From the NCBI GenBank assembly GCA_964016885.1, contig OZ024740.1:253952001-254016000 (forward strand): DNA of 64,000 nt, given 5' to 3'. Source of the DNA: Eledone cirrhosa. Its lineage: Eukaryota. Shown here piece after piece: positions 25,500 through 37,397 of this stretch. Under the pieces are notes generated by a model, which was given only the letters and a program-made list of their open reading frames with translations, had not been told where the DNA came from and did no database searches. The translations under genes and the position numbers were made by a program. Position 1 is the stretch's first letter. Every line of letters starts with the position of its first letter.

Positions 25500-28460
25500 C
25501 TCATATTATTATCTATCCATTACTAAATAAAATATAAGTAAGTTATAGTAGTTATATTAAATGGTGGTAACTTTGTTTATTCTTAATAGTTATTGTAGAG
25601 TATAAGATTTGAGATAAATAGGAGGTAAGTAGAGGAATGAGCTGATCATAGAGTGTGATACTGTGGGGGTAATTATATGCTGATAAAGCCTACAGGTGAA
25701 GTGTTAACGGTGGTGAGGAATTCAGATCTGACATTGTTATATACTAGCAGCTAGGTTTAAAGTTGTGGAAAAAGTGTCGGTGGTAGTGATGGCACATGGA
25801 AAACATTTCTGATTTTCTATTTAAGAGGTTTAGCTTAGAATAGATTATAGTGCAAGTCTCTAGAAGACAGAGGTTACATAATTTATTCAGTGGTTTATAC
25901 GATGCGGCCTTATCTATTACTTCCCATTGAAGTGTGTATGGTCTATTTTTAGTTTTCAGAGAGTGTATGTAGCTAGATAAAGAAGTGGAGTTGGCTAGAT
26001 TGCGATTTTTTAAAGTGTGGATATGTGAGTTATATCTCGTCTTGAAGCAGTTCGAAGTAGAACCGATATATGTTTTTGAAGAGTTGTTTGTATTGACTGA
26101 GTTGTAAATGATGTCTTTGATTAAGCAATTTCTACCTAAGGAGCAAGTTCTATTTGTTCTACAGTTACAGTTATTATGGTTGTTTGCTTGCCGGTTACTA
26201 TGTTGTGTAGATGCCTGGTTGTTAGGGATAGCATTAGGGTAATGATGGTTGTCGTTCCCATTGTTATTAATTTCATTAGTGCTATTACTATTATTATTAT
26301 TGCTACTAGAATTCTCTGGTACTATGTTGTTATGTAAGTTCACCCCCTGTTGCGATTTAATTAGTTGGAAATAATTATTAATCTTCCTTTTATTACTACT
26401 AGCTATATGGTATGCGATGTTAGGTGTGGTAGAGTAAGAGATTTTAATGGTATTTTTATTGATAAGATTATGGTATTTGTGGCCGACTTGGAAGTTTTTT
26501 TCTAGGATTGAGAAGAAAGCCTTAGACATGTTGGTAGAGACGTTTAGATTGAAAGGGGGATTGAAAAATGTATTAGTTCTTCTATTTTTGTTTTTTGTAA
26601 TGTTAATTGAGGTATTGTTTATATTTCTGTTTATATTATTATTATTGGGGTGTTTATTCTGGTGCGAGTTAAGTTTGATATTACCCTTCGTACTAGAGTT
26701 AGAGTGGCTAGTACTTTTATTGCTTTTCTTCATGGCCATATTGTGAGAAATAATGTTGTAACTTGGTGATTTTATAGGTAGAAATTTAATTTCATTTTTA
26801 TGGCCTGATCGAGCTAAGGCTTCATTATAGTATTGGGAATTACTGTTAAATATAGTTTCATTATATGATAGAGTAGAAATTCTATTTGATATTCCTTTAG
26901 TAATTGAGTTTAATATGGATTTACGGAGGTTAGAGTTGATATTTACATAAAGTAGTTTTTCGTTAGGTGTATATATTTTAGAGTCTAGGCAAAGGGTAGC
27001 ATCAAGGAAGTTAACGTTTTTAGTGTTTTTATCTAAGGTTGAAGTTTTTGAAAATTTTATGTAATTGTTTCCTAGTTCTTTCTATATTAAATTTTTTATA
27101 GTCAATAAGAAGTAGTGCATCATCATGGTATAAACCACCATCGAGGTAGGGTAGATTCCTATGAATTTCATTTAAGAGATATAGACCCACCAAATCAGTG
27201 ACATGCGCCAAGTCACTAGATCCCATAGTTATGTCAAAGTTGTTAGGTGTATCCTTGCGGGTCCATAATTGATCTTCAAATGCAATTATGGTTTTACGGG
27301 CCGCAAGGATGACATCAATTTGGGATCTAGTAAGGTCACTATTGTTCATAGCCATAATTAATGCCTTATTTAATAGGATAGGGGAAATAGAGGTGTAGTA
27401 TGAATTAATATCAAATTGTATAAATTTTTTTTTTTTATTCTCTTTAATATCCTTAAACCATTCAATAACTTCACCAGTATTTCCCCACTGGTTAAGATAT
27501 ATTTTATGCTTAAATTGTGGGATGATTCTATCTAATATTTTTTTGCTGATAATACCAATGTCAGATTTGGAAGGGCAAATTAGTCTTATAGAAGGGTTAC
27601 TCTTAAAGTCTTCCTTATGGTCTTTCAGAGAGAATCTTGTGGGGTTAGGGGTATATGGCTGTGTATGTCTCTGAAGTCCTAATTTACATACTAAACTATG
27701 ACCTTCTATATTTATATCCTATTTTTTTTAATAGTGGTTTTCTTATAGCTCCTATGTAGTTCTTTATATATAAATTTTCTATATGTATCGTAATCTAGGC
27801 TATATATATTATTAGTTTTATCTGCATGTACTAGAATTTTTTTTTTTTTTTTTTATTAAATCCTTTAATAGTGGAGTTAAGGTTGTTTAAGAAGGTGTTG
27901 TTTCTATTATGATGTTCTTAATGTTCTTAACTAGTTTTATTAGATCATTTTCGAAAGAGTTTAATAAGGTGTTGTGAGGAGGGCTTTTAAAAGTTTTAAA
28001 GCCATAAGAGTCGAAATTGTTAGTATCTCCGTTTTTGTCTCAGTTTCTATCATAATGGAATGTCCTCCATCTCACTCTATTGATAAAAGAGTTGACACTA
28101 TTAATCAATAATTTTTCGTACGTATCCCTAGATGGTATTGAGATGTTCTTAGTAGACATAGGAAGATAATCTTTGATTAGCATACTGGTAATTTAATGTA
28201 TGTTAGCTCAACAGTATGGAGCAGTTAATAATAATAATATTATTTATACTTATAAATACACTATATATAATTATAAACAGGAAAGGTCAGTAATTTATTA
28301 CTACCTTATTACCAGTAAGAAAAATAGCTCAATGTAAATACATCAGATGTTTTACAGAGCAGGAATATAAATTACACAATAATCAAAACTATGTTCAAAA
28401 CATTTTATTGCTGACAATCGTTTCTTCCAAACTTTCGTTTGGAATCATCGGAGCACTAGC
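25500..28460 (-). mobile_element. Penelope-like retroelement, Naiad-type (RT + C-terminal GIY-YIG), disrupted
   Basis: MSTKNISIPS, LKDHK..RLICPSKSDIG, NQW, FDINSYYTSI, FDITMGS..LVGLYLL..GLYHDD; CNC..C..G.CL..IIY..YIGST..FKTRY..CNLCLLE..LNRKSE. Confidence 0.88.
28409..28455 (-). ncRNA. Minimal type I hammerhead ribozyme (CCGAUGA core variant) upstream of PLE ORF
   Basis: - strand: tgct CCGATGA ttccaaac gaaa gtttggaa GAAAC gatt GTC agca. Confidence 0.75.
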
Positions 28461-28519
28461 AAAGTTTAGACATATATATATGTACCACAAAGTTTAGACA
28501 TATATATATGTACCACAAA

Positions 28520-28790
28520 ACATCCAGCCCACACTAAAATGATCGTGTCAAAAAGTACCCAGCCCACACTGTAAAGTGGTCATGTAAAAGACATGGCAAA
28601 AAGCACCCAGTACATACTGTAAATGTATTTGGCATTAGGAAGGGGATCCAGCCATAGAAAACTAGCCAGAAACACTCCTATATGAGCAAGACACAGTCAC
28701 CTGACCCAACTTGCCTCTAAATGGGACAAACCTGTCTAACCCATGTTAGCGTGGAAGATAGACGTTAATCAATGATGATGATGATGATAT
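28520..28790 (+). mobile_element. RTE 3'UTR / SINE-like element with internal ~40-bp repeats
   Basis: Repeated ccagcccacactgtaaa units; ends gacgttaatcaa(tga)n. Confidence 0.7.
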
Positions 28791-29818
28791 ATAATCTTCT
28801 TTATCTTCATATCATCATCATTGTTTTATATCCATGTTCCCATGTTCCCTGCTGGCCTGGAACATGGGTAGGCTATCATATTTTGAGATTTCATGGTCAA
28901 ATGACTATGTCTTACTCTTATATTTCATTTGATCATGCATTGGCATGGTTGGATATCTTTCCTAATGCCAACCACTTGTGTTCTGGGTGCATTTTATTGT
29001 CACACCAGCACTACCACTTTACACAGAGGCCTGGACGCATTTTATTGTGACACCAACACACATACATATATATCACCATCTTCTTTTTATGTCCGCTTTT
29101 CTATGCTTGCATAGGTTGGACATGTCCTTTCCCTCTGTCAACTGCATTCCTTCATCGCAAAATCCACTCTCACCACTTCTGCCCAGGTCTTCCTCACTCT
29201 TCCTCTACTGCAGTTTCCTTCCACATGGAACTCTTGGTACTTCTTCAATCATCAATATGTATTACATGTCCTTACCAGTGCAGTCTCTTTCACACTACAT
29301 TTAATTCTTCTTATACCCTAAGAGTCGGGAGGACCCTTCAGTCATCTCAAGAACATGACAGCTTCCCTAGTGTTGGTGATCTACATGATAAACACACTCA
29401 GTACACACTGTAAAATGATTGGTGATAGGAAGGGCATCCAGCCAAAGAAAGCTTGCCAAACAAATGGTTGGGTGGAACCTCAGTTGTATCAAAGACATGA
29501 CAACCCTTGTGCACTTGGTAGAACATGAGACAACAGAAAGTGAGACAACAGAAAGTGAGACAACAGATCTGTGGCTTGTCTGAGAGCCACTACTTCAGTA
29601 CTAATTTGGTCTAAGTAGACCCCTCTAACCCTTGCTAGCAGGGAAAACAGACATTAAAACGATGATGATGATGATGATGATACCTAGTTTTTCTCTCAGC
29701 TCTTCCATATTTTACTGTTCACACACATTAACATCACATTCATCAAAGCATGCTCACTTCATTTCTCTCCAACCTTTTAATAAATTAATGTTTTTATTTC
29801 TTTATATTTCTCCTCCAG

Positions 29819-29941
29819 CTGAAACTCACAGCCTCACCACACTCCGGATGATTCTCTCCACTGGTTCACCATTGAAACCCCAAAGTTTTGACTATGTCTA
29901 CAGCCACATTAAGAACAATATCCTTCTCGGATCAATATCTG
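29819..29941 (+). CDS. AACS: AACS coding exon
   Basis: ctccag|[40 protein letters not shown]|gtagga. Confidence 0.96.
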
Positions 29942-30844
29942 GTAGGATATGATATTTATTGATCTTAAACTTCTAAATCAAACAAAATTTAATTCTTTTG
30001 CTTAATTTATTATTAGTTTGTGTCAAGAGTGATTGATTGACAGTTTTGTTAAAACCTTGACAAAATGTTTTGTGATATTCAGTTGAGACTTTCTACATTC
30101 TGAGTTCAAATCCTACTGAGGTCAACTTTGCTTTTCATCCCTTCGGGGTTGATAATGTACCAGTTAAGTACTGGGGCAGTGGATTCATGAGATTGTTAAA
30201 GAGTCAAGCAGGATGCCTTACAGTATCTATTCTGGTTCTATGGCTCTGTGCATCCTGACTTCAAATCCCATTTCCTGCCAGAAGTTGCAACCAACAGATA
30301 GTATCAGCAATGGATTGTATCACCAATGGAAAAACTATCAGAACAAGGAAACATTGTTCCCTTATTCTGATCTTGAAAATTGGTTTATTTCTTTTTTTAT
30401 TATATTTCAAATCATTGAATAATCCTACATCTTGCAGTCAGTTAATTCCCCAACTCCTGCCACGTGTTATTCAAAATCCACCTATACACAAGACCTTTAT
30501 ATAAAAGTACCTAGGTTAACGAATTTGCAACCAACAGAAAAAGAATAATAGAAGTAGATGGTAGATTTTTTTCCCTTACTTTAAGTCATGCAGTTTCATG
30601 TGGGACTGGATGTTAAGAATTTTACAAATTTTTAAGATTCCAATTGTGCATGTTGAAAGCATGCAGCATAAGATGAGGGCCTACTTAGAGTTCTTTCCCT
30701 TACATTAAGTCATTTAGTTTCATGTGGACGTTAAGAGTTTTACAGCTTTTTTTAATGTTTTCTAAATATTTTCTGATCATGTCTATATAAAACTGCAAAT
30801 TGTGCCCCCACTCTATTAATATTTGGTTTGGGCTTTATTTTCAG

Positions 30845-30958
30845 GTGGGACTGATATTATTGCATGTTTTATGGGTCAAAACTGGACTGTACCTGTTTAC
30901 AGAGGAGAAATACAATCTTTTCATCTTGGTTGTGCCATGGAAAGTTGGGATGAGAATG
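30845..30958 (+). CDS. AACS: AACS coding exon
   Basis: tttcag|[38 protein letters not shown]|gtaggt. Confidence 0.96.
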
Positions 30959-30984
30959 GTAGGTTTGTTTTTCTTTGTTACATT

Positions 30985-31145
30985 GTCATCATCATCACTA
31001 TCATCATTATCATTACCATCCCCATTATCACCACCACCTTCATCACCACAACCATCATCACTACTGCCATAACTATCACCAGCAAAATCACCATCATTAC
31101 TACAACCACCATCATCACCACAACCACCATCATCATCATCAGTAT
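30985..31145. repeat. (CAT/CAC)n low-complexity tract
   Basis: catcatcatcactatcatcattatcattaccatc... Confidence 0.85.
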
Positions 31146-31171
31146 CAGAAGGGTTTAAAAATCTGTATGTA

Positions 31172-31355
31172 TTAGTAAACCACTTTCTCATATTTTCTCA
31201 GGCCACCATATTGTTGGACAAAATGGAGAGTTAGTAAACCACCTTTCACTTATTATCTTAGGTCACCATGTTTCAGGACAAAATGGAGAGTTAGTAAACC
31301 ACCTTTCACTTATTTTCTTAGGTCACCATGTTTCAGGACAAAATGGAGAGTTAGT
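31172..31355 (+). repeat. Three tandem 60-bp copies spanning an AACS 3' splice site
   Basis: ttagtaaaccac...ttttct(c/t)ag g(c/t)caccat...ggacaaaatggagag repeated with period 60. Confidence 0.95.
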
Positions 31356-31447
31356 CTGCACAAAACCTTTTCCATCAATGCCAATATATTTCTGGAATGA
31401 TCCAGAGAATTTGAAATACAGGAAGGCATATTTTTCTAAATTTACTG
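31322..31447 (+). CDS. AACS: AACS coding exon (shortest form; in-frame upstream acceptors at 31202 and 31262)
   Basis: [42 protein letters not shown]|gtaagc resembles [26 protein letters not shown]. Confidence 0.92.
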
Positions 31448-31564
31448 GTAAGCCTCTTTCTTTTGCTCTCTCTCTCACATAAACAAAAGCACCTTTACTT
31501 ACCAATGTTTAACTTACAAACTTTCTCAGATATAAACAGACGTATCTTCTAAATCTAAATTCTG

Positions 31565-31830
31565 AACACTAGAGTACCAGTGTATAAGACCTACCACTGT
31601 ACAGTAGATGGTATGGTATAGCTACTCACTACCATCCTAGAAACACTACAGCACCAGTATATATGTACTACCACTCTACAGTAGATGATATGGTATAGTA
31701 TTAGCTATAACATAAGTATATACGTCCTACCACTGTACAGGAGATGTTATGGTAAGGTATAGTTACTCACTACAATCTTATAAACACTACAGCACCAGTA
31801 TATAAGTCCTGGTATGGTATTAGCTACTCA
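31565..31830. repeat. Diverged ~60-75-bp minisatellite, about 4 units
   Basis: Recurring aacactacagcaccagtatata, ctaccactgtacag and gtatggtatagctactca. Confidence 0.7.
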
Positions 31831-32194
31831 GTGTCATGCTGTGAACACAACATAGTTGTGATCTCTGTGTGATGCGGTGATGTTAAATCATCAACATGTA
31901 TGTAAGAGAAGGATGATACAAAGAGTTAATTAACATGAAAGGAAAGGAGGAGCTAATACTCAGATCAGACCAAGAAGAGTAACTTTCCATTAGTCTTTCT
32001 CTTGCTGTTACTGCATCAGGTTGTCACTAGAAAAGTGTTGCTACATGTTGCATCATATCTTATCACCACAGAATGGGATAATAGTAATGCCATCTGGCTT
32101 TTTACCATGCCCATGTTCCAACCCAACTGGCTGGAGCTGTGAAAGGAAACGAGCAATATCTAGACCTATTTTAATGATCTCTGATATTTTCATC

Positions 32195-32640
32195 AACATC
32201 ATACGTCCATTTTTCCACACTAGCATGGGTTAGACGAGTTGTCCTATTGTGGACAATGCTAGGTCAGGTGATCATGTTTTGCTCATACAGAACTGATTTT
32301 AGCTTGGTTTCTACAGCTGGATGCCCTTCCTAAAGCCAACCTCATTTACAGTGAGTACCAGGTGCTTTTTGTTGTGTCACCTACATGATCACATTACAGT
32401 GTGGACCGGGTGCTTTTACAGTGGGCCGTGGGAAATCAGGTCTTCTCTATTACTGCAAACGCCAGAGATCTCGGTTGAGAGATGCAATTGTGCAAGGTCA
32501 GCTTTTATCACCTCATCCGAAGTCTTCCTGGGTCTCCCCAATCCAAGGCTTCCAACAAATTTGAATGCTATGCACTTTTTTATGCAGCTGTCATCCTTCA
32601 TATGCATCACATGTCTATAACAAACATAATCTCCTCTCCT
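32195..32640 (-). mobile_element. RTE 3' fragment with 3'UTR
   Basis: MKDDSCIKKC..GRPRKT; UTR shared with 44940-45240. Confidence 0.8.
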
Positions 32641-32856
32641 GTTTTTGAAATTACTTGAACTGCTTTAATCAGTGATCAGGGGGACTGGCATGGAGCTCAA
32701 CAAAACAATAACTACAACATTTCATATGAAACAAACTTAAATATATTTATAGATACCATAGATTTTTGTTGAATTTCTTTAAAAATTTATATGTGTTTAA
32801 GTTTTTGTAGACAAAATGTAGATAATGTTATTTGACTAAATCTATTTATTCTTCAG

Positions 32857-32926
32857 GTGTGTGGCTACAAGGTGACTTCTGTAGGATTAATCCAGACACT
32901 GGAGGTATTGCAATGCTGGGTCGGAG
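32857..32926 (+). CDS. AACS: AACS coding exon
   Basis: cttcag|[23 protein letters not shown]|gtgaat. Confidence 0.95.
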
Positions 32927-33616
32927 GTGAATAGTCACACTTCTTTGTTTCATTTTTTGTGTGTGTATACCAGCCCAGCCAAAACTAATTTTGGTTCTAC
33001 TATTTGCTTTAAAGTGTTTATATTTATTAAAAAACTTTCCATCTTAATTTTATATAAGAACTTTTGTTAATCTTTTTCAAACCAATCCAGCTAAAGCTGG
33101 CTCTGGTTCTATGAAACAAAACCACCCATTTTAAAGGGTTTATATTTAAATTAAAATCTTCCAAAATTTTTGACAGAGCTTCAGGGTCCACCTGAGTCTT
33201 TTGTTTGGCAAGCTGCTTATGGTTGGACACCCTTCCTATCACCAACCACTTGACAGAATGTAATGAATATAGATCACCAACAATAGAGAGGTTAAATTCT
33301 TAGTGAAGTTCTTGGAATTTCAAACCAACCCTTTATTTAACTTCACTAGCATCATCACCACTACCACCACCACTATCATGCGTATGAGACAGCAATCATG
33401 TGATGTGGAATATTGAATTGGCTGACACTTGTGTGTAGCTGATTTTAGGACACCCACTCCATCCTCAAATCATCATTTAATGTCCACTTTCCCTGCTAGC
33501 AATGGTTGACTAAGTCTTTAGCAGGCCAGGTTGGCACTCAAGCAGGTTGACACTCCACCATGGATGGTGGAATTACTTCAAAACCTTCAGATGTTTTTAT
33601 GTTCTTCTTCTTGTAG

Positions 33617-33675
33617 TGATGGAACTCTGAATCCTAACGGAGTACGGTTTGGGAGTGCTGAGATATATCAAGTCG
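33617..33675 (+). CDS. AACS: AACS coding exon
   Basis: ttgtag|DGTLNPNGVRFGSAEIYQV|gtaagt. Confidence 0.96.
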
Positions 33676-33840
33676 GTAAGTTAACATAGAAGATTCATTA
33701 TTTTCTTCTGTTACCAATGAATTGGCAGTCTAATTTCACACACATGCAAACTCAACCCTTTCTTTACCATATTTCTAATAAAATACACTGTATTTTAATT
33801 CATGAAGAATTTGGAGGGATTATAAAATTATTTCATTATT

Positions 33841-34200
33841 GGTGGATTGGCAGTATCGGTAGAGGGTCAGACGCCATGCTTTGACGCATAGAGTTACGGC
33901 CCTTGCCATTCTGAGTTCAAATCCCGCTGAGGTTAACTTTGCTTTTCATCCTTACGGGGTTGATAAAATAAAGTACCAGTAATGTACTGGGTAATTGCTG
34001 GCCTTGTGCCTAAAGTAGAAACAATTATTAAGATGGTGGAATGGCAGAATCCGTAGAGCATTGGACAACATGCTTTGTGGCATATACTTATGGCCTTTTG
34101 CATTCTGAGTTCAAATCTTGTAAAATAAAGTACCAGTAATGCACTAGGGTTGATTCAATTGACACCTTCAAATTGCTGGCCCTGTGCCAAAAGTAGAAAC
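33841..34200 (+). mobile_element. Two tandem tRNA-derived SINEs
   Basis: A/B boxes and family body. Confidence 0.85.
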
Positions 34201-34779
34201 ATATTTTCATCTGTGAAACTTGATAGAGAATCTGGTATGTTGTTGAGTAAACCATCTGACATAGTTTAACCTTTTTGATACCAAACCACCAGAATGAAAC
34301 CATTTCTAAATTGTTCATCATCATCAACATTTAACATTTATTTTCCATGCTTGCATGGGTTAGATGGGTTGTCACGTTATGAAACAAGTCAGGTCAGATG
34401 AGCCAAGTCTTGCTCATGCAGATCTGTATTTTGGCTTGGTTTCTACAGCTGGATGCCCTTCTCAACACCAACCACGTTACAGTGTGGACTAAGTGCTTTT
34501 TTTCATGACATCAAAATGACCTAACAGGGTGGCGAGGTGCTTTTTATTGTGGCACCAAAATGACCATCTGACAGAATGAACTATTTATATTTCTCTAAGC
34601 GCCTACCATCATAATTTTATGTAAGAACCTTTGTTGAGTTATGTTCCAAACACTAGATTAACTCTTAATGTCCTGTACCACATCATGACATGAATAATGA
34701 TGATTTAACTGACTCATTAATATTTTGCTTTTGAAAATATTTGTGATGTATGTTTGATAATGTCTATTATTTATTGCAA

Positions 34780-34990
34780 TTTGGCAGAATTGGTAGAGTG
34801 TCAGATAAAATGCCATTGCAGTATTTGTTCTGGCCTTTTATATTCTGAGTTCAAATCCAGCTGAGGTTAACTTTGCTTTTTATCCTTCCAGGATCGATAA
34901 AATAAAGTACCAGTCAAGTACTGGGTTTGATTTAATCAACTTTGCCCTTTCCCCAAATTTGCTGAGCATGTGCCTAAATTAGAAATCAAT
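34780..34990 (+). mobile_element. tRNA-derived SINE, long subfamily
   Basis: tggcagaattggtagag...gagttcaaatcc...tgtgcctaaattagaaatc. Confidence 0.8.
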
Positions 34991-35489
34991 ATCTATATCA
35001 TCACCACCATCATTTCTTTGGAATACCTTACTTACTGTAAGAATCTATATTATTATAGTTGTGCAACCTTTTTGTCTGTCTGTCACACGAAAACTACACT
35101 CTGTCAAAAACTTGTCCTTTCCCCAAATATGCAGGCCTTCTGTCTAAATAAGAGATCAGTATTATTTTCTTTAAGTCATATTTTTATGTATTATATCGTA
35201 AGTTAAGACTCACACTTATGCAAACCTTTTTTAGCATCACATTAGATATAAAAGTCGTTATTCTAACACTACAAATTTTCACAATATGTCCACTATAAAC
35301 ATAAATTAATAAACCCATTTTTAGCATTAAACAGTGATGATGATGATTTTTAGACATTTTATGTGGAATCATTACAGGATGTTAAGTTAGTAATGAGAAT
35401 GTTAGTTATATTACTAAATTTTTACAAATTCTTGATTATTTTCAAAATTATTGAATTAATCGTAGATAGTGTCTTTCATTAGAAATATA

Positions 35490-35658
35490 ATAATTGTTTC
35501 TACTTTAGGCACAAGGCCAGCAATTACTGGTACTTTATTTTATCGACCCCGTAAGGATGAAAGGCAAAGTAAACCTCGGCGGGATTTGAACTCAGACCGT
35601 AACTATGCTGGAAAGCATGGCGTCCGACTCTCTACCGATACTGCCAATCCACCGCCCT
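35490..35658 (-). mobile_element. tRNA-derived SINE
   Basis: Reverse complement of the copy at ~15288-15475. Confidence 0.85.
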
Positions 35659-35756
35659 CATTAGAAATATAATAATGAAAGGGTTTAATGAATTTGATTA
35701 ATATTTCAAATATTGACTATCTTTGGATAATATTCCTGGTTTTAATATTATTGTAG

Positions 35757-35962
35757 TTGAGACATTTGTCGAGATCCAAGATAGTCTTTGTGTGGCTCAA
35801 AGGAGAAAGGATGGATCAGATGAACGAGCAATCCTGTTTATCAAAATGGCAGACAACCAGCAATTCACTGAGGAGCTAAAAAAAGACATCTGTTCACACA
35901 TCCGTACAGCTTTATCAAGTCGGCATGTTCCTGCTTATGTTCTGCCTATCAAAGATATTCCA
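35757..35962 (+). CDS. AACS: AACS coding exon
   Basis: ttgtag|ETFVEIQDSLCVAQ...ERAILFIKMA...IRTALSSRHVPAYVLPIKDIP|gtaagt. Confidence 0.96.
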
Positions 35963-36532
35963 GTAAGTATCATCAACTTTGTTTATATCAGGCAATTCAC
36001 AGAGATTTTTCTTTTTGTTCTATGCTGGCATGGGTTGGTTGAGATTTTTTGAGGCAGTTTTCCTATTCCTATGGCCAGATGCCCTTCCTGACTCCAACCT
36101 ACATTTTATTTTGAACTACTAGCTATGGGATATAAATGAATGTGGCTTCCTTTAAACAGTGTCTATTTGAAAACACACAGAGACTGATGCAAACACACAC
36201 ACATATATGAAGATACATGTAGAGACTGACATGCACACTCACATAAATGAAAATACATGCAAAGACGGATATGCACACACTCATATAAGAAAACATGTGT
36301 AGAGAGTGACATATAGAAGTAGACTGACATACACACATACATCCCTTTCTCCACTTATCAGCCTGTCAACTCAAACCACACTTGCCATAACTTCACACTT
36401 ATCTACTTCCTATTGTCACCCCTCCCCATTGAGACAAGGACCAACCTGGTACCCCAAATAAGGTGATTGACCACAGGAAGGACCCCCACCCCCAGGCCTA
36501 TAAAAATAGAAGGGTGAGAGGACACCCATATG

Positions 36533-36718
36533 ATAATTGTTTCTACTTTTGGCACAAGGCCAGCAACTATCCCAGTGCATTACTGGTACTTTATTTTATC
36601 GACCCCGTAAGGATGAAAGGCAAAGTTAACCTCAGCGGGATTTGAACTCAGAATAGCAAGGGCCGTAACTCTATGCGTCAAAGCATGGCATCCGACCCTC
36701 TACCGATACTGCCAATCC
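36533..36718 (-). mobile_element. tRNA-derived SINE
   Basis: Close reverse complement of 33843-34028. Confidence 0.88.
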
Positions 36719-36954
36719 AATGGCACCCAGTACATGCTGTAAAGTGGATGGTGATGCCAGATTCAACCTTGCCAGTAGGCAGGGAACACAAACAAACAAA
36801 CAATTCATGATGATGATAACATTTTGAATCATAAAACCATGAGTAGTTTCAGGTGGTTTCCTATTCTTATATATGTTGTTTTCTGCATAAATATTTACTA
36901 TTTATAATAGCAATATTTTTTACCAAGATATCAATTACTTTTATTATTTTCTAG

Positions 36955-37092
36955 TACACTGTCAATGGAAAAAAAGTTGAAATAGCCATCAGCAAAATTT
37001 TGAATGGACAAAAAGTGACACAGTGTGGAGCTTTATCAAACCCAGACTCTATAGAGCTTTACAGAAATATCCAGGTTTTACAGAACTATTGA
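36955..37092 (+). CDS. AACS: AACS terminal coding exon
   Basis: ttttctag|YTVNGKKVEIAISKILNG...ALSNPDSIELYRNIQVLQNY-TGA; contains the A10 motif NGKK. Confidence 0.96.
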   Translation, partial: YTVNGKKVEIAISKILNGQKVTQCGALSNPDSIELYRNIQVLQNY

Positions 37093-37194
37093 GATGATTT
37101 TAAAGTTGGATTTGATCTCTGTCTAAGCGCCTCCAAGGAAAACTTGCCTCATACTAGAACTCATTTTTATATTTCTGTTGTTGTTAATTAATTC

Positions 37195-37397
37195 TTAACA
37201 TCCTGTACCACATGAAACTACATTAGCAAAGCATTCTTAAAAAGTATAAAACCACTATAACTTAAAATTTGAATCTTTAATCTCACACTGCAAATTTTCA
37301 CAGTAATTTTCTCTCCATTAGTAAAGATAGTATAAACATTTGAATTAAAAAACTGTTTATGTTAGATGTTTTCTGCTAAATCATTACTGGATGTTAA
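37195..37397. mobile_element. ~200-bp TTAA-flanked MITE-like element (relatives at ~35230-35386, 54030-54163, 59752-59941)
   Basis: ttaa catcctgta ... tactggatg ttaa termini; body shared among copies. Confidence 0.6.

Noticed and set aside
25500-26739. Selenocysteine/SECIS, as reported for some Naiad elements
   Set aside because: Cys positions are normal Cys codons in an open ORF, and no convincing SECIS was seen by eye
30841-31191. Asp/Gly-rich and His-rich ORFs
   Set aside because: Translations of a (CAT/CAC)n tract overlapping a real AACS exon
32862-32876. AACS WLQGD in place of the usual W.HGD
   Set aside because: The conserved GD is retained; a single substitution cannot be interpreted without an alignment
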